From Polyangiaceae bacterium (GTDB lineage Bacteria > Myxococcota_A > Polyangia > Polyangiales > Polyangiaceae), in NCBI GenBank assembly GCA_965222375.1, contig CBDCTZ010000013.1, positions 544,001-608,000 of the forward strand: a stretch of 64,000 nucleotides of DNA. Direction: 5' to 3'. Shown here piece by piece: positions 28,870-36,477 of this stretch (its first letter is position 1; each line of letters opens with the position of its first letter). Position numbers and translations under genes: made by a program. The notes under the pieces were generated by a model. It saw only the letters and a program-made list of their open reading frames with translations. It made no database searches and was not told the origin of the DNA.

Positions 28870-29369
28870 GCCGCCAGACTTCTGCAACGGCCATGCCCAG
28901 ACAAACCCTCGGCATCCGCTGCTGCCCGGAATTCGTTGAGCTGTGCCAGGCTGTGCCAGAGTGTGCGAAGTCGAGCCGGCAAGTCCCGGCGCGCTACTGG
29001 CAGGCACCCTGGTCGACGCCGTCTGGACGGACCTTGGCGTTCTTGGAGCCCAGCCGACACAAGCGCAGCCGGCACTCGACGAAGTTGCCCCTGACTGACG
29101 GCTTGGTCGTGTTGAAGACACCCAGAGCCCGCAACCGGCGGAAGGTTGTCAAAGATGCAATTTCGCAGGCGCCCGTGGCAACAAAAACGCGGTGCTTCGG
29201 GGTGGGCCGTTTCACCGTCGAAGTGACACGGGAAGCAACGCCGGCGATAAGGAAAGAAGCGGTTCAGGAGCATGGTCCGCGAGTTCAGTCTCTGCCGACG
29301 ACATGCGCAGACGCCACAATGATCCAAGGGGCGCGGGTTTCGACCCGGACAAATATGAGGCATCGAACC

Positions 29370-29414
29370 TGCGACGATTTGCCGCACAGCAGGTTCACAG
29401 CCAGTTGCTATGGT
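29370..29414 (+). promoter_or_regulatory. RegA/RegR-type box plus -10-like element upstream of the His-rich lipoprotein
   Basis: TGCGACGATTTGCCGC (29370-29385), a 23-nt spacer, then TATGGT (29409-29414) preceded by TG. Confidence 0.7.
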
Positions 29415-29420
29415 CTGCCC

Positions 29421-29846
29421 ATGCTTCGAGTTTCAGCCCTAGTGGCTGTCTTCGCATCCCTATCCCTCATTGCCTGCAGCGAGGACGACTCCGGAGGCAA
29501 CACTGGCGGCACCGCTGGCACGGGCGGCCACAGCTCAGTTTCCGCCGACTGCCAGGCGATCATCGACGCTTGTCACACCAAGGACACGGGCGATCCTGGG
29601 CCCCTCAACGATTGCCACCAAGCGGCCCACGCCGACAAGACCGCGCAATGCACCACGGATAAGGCCAAGTGCATCGGCATTTGTGACGCGGCTCCTGTGG
29701 TTGACGGAGGAAAAGCCGGCGCAGGCGGCCACAGCCATCATGGTGGCGCGGGAGGCATGCATCACGGCGGTGCCGGCGGTCACCATCAGGGCGGCGCGGG
29801 CGGTCACGCCCATGACGGCGGCGCCCACGACGCCAGCCACGATTGA
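29421..29846 (+). CDS. Small His-rich lipoprotein, putative metal binder
   Basis: LIAC lipobox, six-Cys core with CH pairs, and a tail with 11 His in Gly-rich repeats. Confidence 0.8.
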   Translation: MLRVSALVAVFASLSLIACSEDDSGGNTGGTAGTGGHSSVSADCQAIIDACHTKDTGDPGPLNDCHQAAHADKTAQCTTDKAKCIGICDAAPVVDGGKAGAGGHSHHGGAGGMHHGGAGGHHQGGAGGHAHDGGAHDASHD

Positions 29847-29847
29847 G

Positions 29848-30399
29848 TCACCTGGGTGCGAACTTGTTGAGTTTTCGCTGCAACGAGCGGCGGTGAATGC
29901 GTAGCTTGCGTGCGGCCTCGGAGACGTTGCCGCCGCAGTCACTGAGCACGCGGTTGATGTGCTCCCATTCGGCCCGAGCCAGGGAAGGCACGGGTGCACT
30001 TTCGGCAATGGGCAGGGAACCTGCTTCTGCATCAGCAGAAAGCGCGCGCAAGATGTCGTCCACGTCCGCGGGCTTGCTCAGATAGTTCACGGCGCCCAAC
30101 TTGGTGGCGTGCACCGCCGTCGCGATGCTGCCGTAGCCCGTGAGCACGACGATCCGCATCAGGGGTTCTGCCTCGAGCAACCGCGGCACGAGCTGCAGGC
30201 CGTTCTCGGTCCCGAGGCGAAGGTCGACTACGGCAAACTCCGGCGCCTCGCGTTCGCTCTCGCGCATGGCCTCGCTCGCGGTCGCCGCACTCAAAGCCAC
30301 ATACCCACGGTCGGAGAACGCGCGAACTAGTTGCGTTCGCAGAACATCGTCGTCATCGACGATCAGAATACTTGGCGCGTCAGACTCAGCCACCGTCAC
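29848..30399 (-). CDS. regA: RegA/PrrA/ActR-family response regulator
   Basis: ILIVDDD, VVDLRL, LTGYGSIATAV, EWEHINRVL..CGGNVSEAARKLRIHRRSLQRKL; GTG start overlaps the upstream stop (GTGA). Confidence 0.92.
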   Translation of the reverse strand: MTVAESDAPSILIVDDDDVLRTQLVRAFSDRGYVALSAATASEAMRESEREAPEFAVVDLRLGTENGLQLVPRLLEAEPLMRIVVLTGYGSIATAVHATKLGAVNYLSKPADVDDILRALSADAEAGSLPIAESAPVPSLARAEWEHINRVLSDCGGNVSEAARKLRIHRRSLQRKLNKFAPR

Positions 30400-31364
30400 T
30401 TCACCCAGGATCGTTGCACGGATATGCTCAGGGTGCTGCCCGCATAGGGCACGTTTCGGCCAAAGCCATCTAGGGGCAGATCGCTGCTCAGCGACGTCGT
30501 CAGATACCAGAGCGGATGCTGCAACGTGTGGCGGGCAAAGACGCTCAGCCGAAGGCGTCGAGTCTCGGAGTCCGGCACCTGCTCGCCGTCCTCCTTGCTG
30601 GGCAGCGTGCCGCGGTAGCTCACGCGCGTTCCAATCGCGAGAAAGACGTCGGGGACCCAAGCGTAGCCCGCCTCGAGCGTGATCTCCTCGCCGGGGTCCA
30701 ACTCCCGCCCTCGGACCTCGCGGGCCAGACGCAGGGCGAAGCCGGCCCCAGCATCCAACCAATGCACCCGCGGCAACCTCACCGCCGCGTCCACGCCAAG
30801 TCCGAATTGGAGCACGCCGTCGCCAGTTGCATCCACGCCGGTCCGGGTCTCGGATTCGGTCGCATCGCGACCCGTAGGCAGCTTAGAAAAAGAAGACAGC
30901 TCGAGCTGAGCGAAACGGGCCATCCCATGCGCCGGCAGGGGGTCGCTATGCGCCAGGTAACGCGCGCCAACCAGGGCATCGCCGGGTCGTACTGCGTTCT
31001 GGGCGGTTTCATTGCCTAGGCGCCGCCGCTGGAGTCTCAAGGGCGCAGCGGCGTGCACTTGGAGAGGTTCGAACAGTCGATATCCGCCACCTAGGGCGAA
31101 CACCCAGTCATCCGCGCGGGCGTTGCGCAGTTTGCGCTGCCGTGCGTCGGCAGCGTAGCTCCACATGGCGTGCTCCCAAGATGCCTCGACCGCTAGGGAG
31201 GCTCGAGCCCCGGGTTGCACGATGCCCACATCACTATTGCCGGTGGCCGTGCAGCAGGCTTGTGCCTGGGCCGAGCCAGGTGCTAGCGCGACGAGCAAAG
31301 AAACGGCGATTGCCTGACCGGCGAAGGAGCGCACGCTTTCGTTTGCACCGCGATCATTGCACAT
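30396..31364 (-). CDS. Putative outer-membrane beta-barrel (transporter-like) with N-terminal Cys-Cys
   Basis: Signal peptide ending AQA then QACC; GDALVGARY, KLPTG and amphipathic strands resembling the MetA-pathway/transporter barrel family. Confidence 0.6.
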   Translation of the reverse strand: MCNDRGANESVRSFAGQAIAVSLLVALAPGSAQAQACCTATGNSDVGIVQPGARASLAVEASWEHAMWSYAADARQRKLRNARADDWVFALGGGYRLFEPLQVHAAAPLRLQRRRLGNETAQNAVRPGDALVGARYLAHSDPLPAHGMARFAQLELSSFSKLPTGRDATESETRTGVDATGDGVLQFGLGVDAAVRLPRVHWLDAGAGFALRLAREVRGRELDPGEEITLEAGYAWVPDVFLAIGTRVSYRGTLPSKEDGEQVPDSETRRLRLSVFARHTLQHPLWYLTTSLSSDLPLDGFGRNVPYAGSTLSISVQRSWVK

Positions 31365-31752
31365 CAGTTTTTACGACCAGGCTGTCGTCGACTTGCCCCG
31401 CCTGAATCTGAACCTTTACCTCCCAGGTTCCGGGCATGGTGAATCGCAGGTCCTCGACGCTGTACACTCCTGCGCCCACTTCCTTCACCGAGGGTTGCAC
31501 GGGCACCCCGTGACCATGAGCCGGCATCCACGGCTCGGCTTCGAGCTGCGCGGCTTCCAAAGCTGAACCGTCTGCGTTGCGCAATTCCAACTCGAGGCGA
31601 TTTTTGCCAACCGCCGGTGGACTTGGGTCGAAGTCCGCCGTGGCTTCGAAGTGTCCTGCCTGGGACTTCAGTCCGGTGGTTTCATCGGCCGGGTCCTCGA
31701 CACCGCAGGCGCCGACGGTGAGGGCAAGCAAGAACGGAATCGCGATGCGCAT
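31354..31752 (-). CDS. YtkA/FixH-like lipoprotein, putative Cu-binding Ig fold
   Basis: VGAC lipobox; WMPAHGHG and FTMPGTWEV motifs. Confidence 0.85.
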   Translation of the reverse strand: MRIAIPFLLALTVGACGVEDPADETTGLKSQAGHFEATADFDPSPPAVGKNRLELELRNADGSALEAAQLEAEPWMPAHGHGVPVQPSVKEVGAGVYSVEDLRFTMPGTWEVKVQIQAGQVDDSLVVKTDVQ

Positions 31753-31764
31753 GAGGTTGACGAG

Positions 31765-31809
31765 AATCTATTCGCGCCGGTCCTTACGCCCACGCGGCAA
31801 ATTGTCGCA
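31765..31809 (-). promoter_or_regulatory. RegA/RegR-type box plus -10-like element upstream of the ytkA-like/barrel/regA unit
   Basis: Minus strand TGCGACAATTTGCCGC (31809-31794), a 23-nt spacer, then TAGATT (31770-31765). Confidence 0.7.
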
Positions 31810-31821
31810 CCCTGACGCGCG

Positions 31822-33120
31822 TCAAGAAACGTGCGCAAGGTTTGCGGGAATTCGCCAACGAACCGTGGTGCCGGAGCCGCGGGCCGACGAAACCCGCATC
31901 GAGCCACCGAGCTGTTCGGCAACACTCGACGCAAGGAACAATCCCAACCCGCGGCCTTCGGGCTTGGTCGTGAAAAATGGCTCCGCGGCGTGCTCCAGGG
32001 TCGCAGCATCCATACCGCAACCCTCATCCGCAACAGTGATCTCCAACGCCTCGTCGCGGCGACGCGCGGTGAGCTGCACGCGGGACTCCGAGCTCGAAGC
32101 ATCCAAGGCGTTCTGCAGCAGCGCCCGCACTGCTGTCACGACTGCAGCGCGTGGCAGCGCCAAAGGCGCATCGCTTTCAGCGGATGGGTCCTGTTCGATC
32201 TCGAGGCGCTCCCGACCGGGAAAGTCCTCCAGGATGCTCCCAAGGACATCGGACAAGGATTGATGAGTCGCAGCCTCTCCTCGCACGCTGGCGCTGAGGC
32301 GATCGAGGATCTCACGACAGCGACCGACCTCTTGCCGAATCAGTAGGGCTTCTTCCTCCAGCTTGGAATCCTCTGCCTTCAAGCGCCGTCCCAGTTCTTT
32401 GCTGACGACGGCGATGGTGCCTAAGGGAGTTGCAAGCTCGTGAGCAGCGCCGGCGGCCAGAGTCGTCAGAGACGCCATGCGTGCGTTGCGCTCGCTGCTG
32501 CTGCGCATCTTCGCCAGCTGGGCATCCCGCTGTCGCAGAGCGGCACTCAGTCGACCCACGAAGCCAACGATGAACACCGCGGCAACCCCCAGGCCGATCC
32601 ACATACCCTGAAGATGCAAGGAATAGGCACCTCCATGCCCGCCGTGGGCCATATGGTGCGCGTGCTCGCTGTGGGGCGCGTCAGGCTGGAGCCAGAACAA
32701 CGCCGCAGAACAGAGCAGCGTCAGTGCCACGAGTAGCCAAATCCGCAAGCCGGCCAGGGTGTAAGCGCCCAGGGCGATGGGCACCAGGTACAGAAAACCA
32801 AAGGGGTTCTCTGGCCCACCCGTGAAGTGCAACACCACGCTGAACAGCACGATGTCCATGGCAACCAGCAGCGTGCCCAACCATTCTGTCGGCGCATTCT
32901 GACGCTTTTGCCAAGCGGCAGCGAGCAGATTGCTGATCACCGTGCCGAGCACGACCGCAACTACAGGCCCGACTTCCACGTCTTGGCCGAGCAAGCGAAC
33001 CGCGACGAGCGTCGCTCCCACCTGCACCAAGATCCAACCCCAACGCAAGCGGAGCAAGGACAGCAGCTGGATGCGACTGGGCTCCAGAACCCCCGACTCG
33101 ACCGCGGCAGAGGAGTTCAC
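31822..33120 (-). CDS. regB: RegB/PrrB/ActS-family sensor histidine kinase
   Basis: LxxLRW, TGGPENPF, LHLQGMW, AAHELATPL, RCREIL, G boxes; about six TM helices. Confidence 0.92.
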   Translation of the reverse strand: MNSSAAVESGVLEPSRIQLLSLLRLRWGWILVQVGATLVAVRLLGQDVEVGPVVAVVLGTVISNLLAAAWQKRQNAPTEWLGTLLVAMDIVLFSVVLHFTGGPENPFGFLYLVPIALGAYTLAGLRIWLLVALTLLCSAALFWLQPDAPHSEHAHHMAHGGHGGAYSLHLQGMWIGLGVAAVFIVGFVGRLSAALRQRDAQLAKMRSSSERNARMASLTTLAAGAAHELATPLGTIAVVSKELGRRLKAEDSKLEEEALLIRQEVGRCREILDRLSASVRGEAATHQSLSDVLGSILEDFPGRERLEIEQDPSAESDAPLALPRAAVVTAVRALLQNALDASSSESRVQLTARRRDEALEITVADEGCGMDAATLEHAAEPFFTTKPEGRGLGLFLASSVAEQLGGSMRVSSARGSGTTVRWRIPANLAHVS

Positions 33121-34208
33121 GGCAGCGGATGGGCCTGAAAGAAGTCGAGCATGGTGGCGGTAGCGCCGATGTCTTTGCTGGTCTTGCCAGCGGGAATGGC
33201 TAGCCCACCGGGCCAGGTGTGACCGCCTCCGTCAATGCTGCACAGCACGGCGCTGGCACTATCGTCACAATCTGGCCACTCGATACAGGTGGCATCGCCC
33301 TTCTTGTAGATCTGCTTTTCGAAAGCGCTGCAGCCGTTGAAGTTGCGCCAGTGGTCCATGGTCTCGGACACAGGCTTGAACACCAGTCCCAGCCCCAACT
33401 GCGGGATGATCGGCGTACCTCCTTGGTAGGGCACGATCGGGTCCGCAGTGCCGTGGAAATGCAACACCGGCACCTTGCGCTTAGGAGCGCAGTTGTCGAT
33501 GCCCAAGACCCCCGCGACCGGCGCGATGGCCGCGATTCGGTCACTCATTTCGCAGGCCAGGCGATGGGAAAAGAAGCCCCCATTGCTCATGCCCGTGGCG
33601 AAGATGCGGCGTTTGTCGATGCAGTATTCCGCCTCGATCTTGTCGAGCAGCGCTCGGGTGAAAGCGACGTCATCCACGCTGTCCGTCCAGGCGGTGCCGC
33701 AACAGTCGCCGGCGTTCCAGCTCAGCGCAACTCCTTCGGGGTAAGCCACGATGAAGCCTCGTTTGTCGCTCTCGGCACTCATGCGTGACAAGAGGGATTG
33801 CTGCCAACCCGCCGAAGTGAAGCCGTGGAAGTTCAGCACCAACATCACACCCTGCGTAGGATCGTAGATCTGTGGAACGTGAAGGATTGATGTGCGAGTC
33901 AAGCCGCCGCTCTTCACGCTCACAGTCGGGCTCCCCTTCTTTCCCGTCTTGCCGGTGCAGGTCACGGCTGCGGGTCCGGCATCGCCACCCGCGTCGAAGC
34001 CGGGGCTTGGGCCCGGCCCCGCATCGGGATCTGGATCCGCATCCGGCCAAGCGAAGACGTCGAGGGACGCGTCCCTGGGCACCTGCACGTCGACAGAAGC
34101 GTCCCCGCTCGTGGAAAACCCGGGGGCGCTTTCGTCGGAGCCGCAATGCGCGATCAAGCCAACGGCTGCGACCACCGGCGCCACCCTCCACAGCCCGCGG
34201 AATGCCAT
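33117..34208 (-). CDS. PHB depolymerase/LpqC-family esterase, lipoprotein
   Basis: LNFHG, WNAGDCC, GMSNGG, HGTAD, GGGHTWPG; stop overlaps the regB start. Confidence 0.9.
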   Translation of the reverse strand: MAFRGLWRVAPVVAAVGLIAHCGSDESAPGFSTSGDASVDVQVPRDASLDVFAWPDADPDPDAGPGPSPGFDAGGDAGPAAVTCTGKTGKKGSPTVSVKSGGLTRTSILHVPQIYDPTQGVMLVLNFHGFTSAGWQQSLLSRMSAESDKRGFIVAYPEGVALSWNAGDCCGTAWTDSVDDVAFTRALLDKIEAEYCIDKRRIFATGMSNGGFFSHRLACEMSDRIAAIAPVAGVLGIDNCAPKRKVPVLHFHGTADPIVPYQGGTPIIPQLGLGLVFKPVSETMDHWRNFNGCSAFEKQIYKKGDATCIEWPDCDDSASAVLCSIDGGGHTWPGGLAIPAGKTSKDIGATATMLDFFQAHPLP

Positions 34209-34272
34209 GGGTCGGCACCATAGCGCCCTGCGCGCTTCAGGGCTCGCATTGCCGACTCCGCTGCGCATAGCG

Positions 34273-34302
34273 GCGCGAGTTAGTCGATCGACTAACTCGC
34301 GC
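34273..34302. promoter_or_regulatory. Perfect 30-bp palindrome, putative TetR operator
   Basis: gcgcgagttagtcga|tcgactaactcgcgc, 64 nt upstream of the esterase start. Confidence 0.75.
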
Positions 34303-34584
34303 AACCTCTCCGCTGCGTCGACGGCGGTGGCAATCTCCGGCGCATCTCCCGGAACCTTCTTCGGGTGCTCAAGAACTGATCACATTCCGTTCAACTCGGA
34401 TGCCAACGAAAAGCCGCGGCAAGTGTCTTCCATGAAAGAGCCACGGACTCGCCGGTTTCGCGCTCGACATGCAGCGAGCCCATGCGGGCGCCGGTCGCTT
34501 GAGCTTGAGCTGCGTCTGAATTCTTCGCCCAAGCCCCGAGACCGTAAGGACGCCCCCCGCGCCACGCGGTACTATCGGGATGTA

Positions 34585-35697
34585 ATGCGGACAACTCAAA
34601 TCAGTCTGACCTTTGGCGCTCTGTTGAGCATGGTTATCGCGTGCGGAAGCTCGAGCGAGAGCAACAATGGCAGCGGCGGAACGAGCACGGGGGGAGCGGA
34701 CTCGGGAGTTGGCGGCACCTCGGGCAGCTCCGGCTCGGCGGGAACCTCCGGCTCGGCAGGCAGCTCTGGCTCGGCGGGAACCTCCGGCTCGGCAGGCAGC
34801 TCTGGCTCAGCAGGCAGCTCCGGTGCGGCCGGCGCAGCCGGTGCCGGCGCCTGCGACACCACGAAGAATGTGTGCACACCGGATCCCGGCCAGGGCTGGA
34901 CGGGTCCCGTGGCCTTCTTCCGTGGGGCATCGGCAGCACCCACGTGCCCGACCTCATACGCGTCCAAGGATTCAGACGGACACATCGGGCTGAGCACCAA
35001 GCCCAGCAGCTGCAGTTGCGCCTGTGATCCCGCATCGGGAATTCAATGCACCAACGTCGCCGCCGTATACGACGTCGCAGACGGAACCTTCGGCTGCATT
35101 GGCAGTCCAACCAACCCGATCTGGTCCGGCACCAGCGCGATGTGCCCGAAGAGCACCGCCACGGGCAGCGGCTACTTGCGCCTGATCACGCCGAAGCCCA
35201 GCTCGGCTGGAACCTGCGCGCCCAAGGCCACGCACGACCTGCCACCGGAAACATGGGCTGAAGCGACTCGCATCTGCTCGGGCGGCGCTCCTGCAACTGG
35301 AAGCTGCGCGGCAGGTCAAACGTGCATGCCAAAGGCGGCCGCACCGTACAAGCTCTGTGTCTACCGAGACGGCAATCACAGCTGCCCAATTGGCTATGAT
35401 GATCATACGCTGACCTATGATGGAGTGAACGATACCCGTAAGTGCACCACCTGCAGCTGCGGCTCGGCAACCTCGACCTGCGGCGGCTCAGTGCAGTTCG
35501 TTTCGGACTGCAGCGGCGGGCCGACGGTCATGACACTGGGCGTCGTCACGGGTTGCCATCCCGTTAGCCAGGCGATCCTGTCCGGCACCCTCGGCAAATA
35601 CAAGCCGGAGCCCAAAGGCAGCTGTCCCGCGTCCACTTCGACCCTGTCCGGCAACGTCGCCGCGACAGGCGAGCGGACCGTGTGTTGCTTGCCTTGA
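34585..35697 (+). CDS. Cys-rich lipoprotein with Gly/Ser repeat linker
   Basis: VIAC lipobox, (SGSAGT/S)n linker, two CxC-containing repeats, ends TVCCLP. Confidence 0.8.
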   Translation: MRTTQISLTFGALLSMVIACGSSSESNNGSGGTSTGGADSGVGGTSGSSGSAGTSGSAGSSGSAGTSGSAGSSGSAGSSGAAGAAGAGACDTTKNVCTPDPGQGWTGPVAFFRGASAAPTCPTSYASKDSDGHIGLSTKPSSCSCACDPASGIQCTNVAAVYDVADGTFGCIGSPTNPIWSGTSAMCPKSTATGSGYLRLITPKPSSAGTCAPKATHDLPPETWAEATRICSGGAPATGSCAAGQTCMPKAAAPYKLCVYRDGNHSCPIGYDDHTLTYDGVNDTRKCTTCSCGSATSTCGGSVQFVSDCSGGPTVMTLGVVTGCHPVSQAILSGTLGKYKPEPKGSCPASTSTLSGNVAATGERTVCCLP

Positions 35698-35765
35698 AAA
35701 GCCGCGATCAATGCTGCCCAAGCATCGTGCCGAATGCCGCCCGAGGGTTGCAAACGGGCACGCTT

Positions 35766-35785
35766 CGAGTTAGTCGATCGACTAA
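35766..35785. promoter_or_regulatory. Second copy of the operator, overlapping the TetR start codon
   Basis: cgagttagtcgatcgactaa, identical to 34276-34295; its last A is the A of ATG. Confidence 0.75.
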
Positions 35786-36297
35786 TGTCGGACGCGCGAG
35801 AGCAACTCCTCGAAGCGGCCATTGCCGTGCTCGCCGAACACGGCCCGGCCGATGCCAGTGTCAAACGCATCGCCGAAGCCGCGGACGTCAACCACGGCCT
35901 GGTGCATCACTACTTCGGCTCCAAAGAGCGACTCCTGATCTCCGCACTGGACGCCCTGGACGAGCGATTGAGCGAGCAAGTCGCCACCATCTCGTCGAAG
36001 AACGAGGCGGCAGTGTTCGTCCGCACACGGTTCTTGGAGGATCCCGTCGTGACTAGCGTGCTCGCCGCGCTCATCACCCTGTCTGCGGAGCTCCCGGATC
36101 TGCGAACCGCGCTGCATCTGCGTCTCGAGCGCCGCGCCCGCGCAGTCGCCAATCTATTGAACGTGAGCGTGGAGCAAGCCCACGCCCTGATGGCTGCCAG
36201 CCTTGGCGCCGCCGAATTGTCGCGGGTTCACCCAGAGATTGATCCAACTCGCGTGACTCGCGCCCTGCTGGGTGTCGGAGTACCCAGAGCTCGCTAG
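35785..36297 (+). CDS. TetR/AcrR family transcriptional regulator
   Basis: AREQLLEAA..HG..ASVKRIAEAADVNHGLVHHYFGSKERL helix-turn-helix. Confidence 0.92.
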   Translation: MSDAREQLLEAAIAVLAEHGPADASVKRIAEAADVNHGLVHHYFGSKERLLISALDALDERLSEQVATISSKNEAAVFVRTRFLEDPVVTSVLAALITLSAELPDLRTALHLRLERRARAVANLLNVSVEQAHALMAASLGAAELSRVHPEIDPTRVTRALLGVGVPRAR

Positions 36298-36477
36298 GAG
36301 TCGAGCCGCTTCATCCTCGAGCTCTCAACGTTCCGGCGCCACGCGAACTTTCCGTGGCTGAGAGAAAAGCGGGCGCAGCCCGTGACGAACCCAAGCCGAG
36401 CTCGGGGGAAGAGAAGTCGGACAGCCTCAGCGACGACGGGCTAACTCTTGTCGCACCCTGAGGCTATACTCTTCGTC

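Noticed and set aside
28692..29420. N-terminal extension of the 384-aa ORF (likewise 33892-34584, 16973-17341, 30400-30762, 43897-44166)
   Set aside because: Unstructured extensions upstream of clear signal peptides or domain starts; they overlap other genes or promoters.
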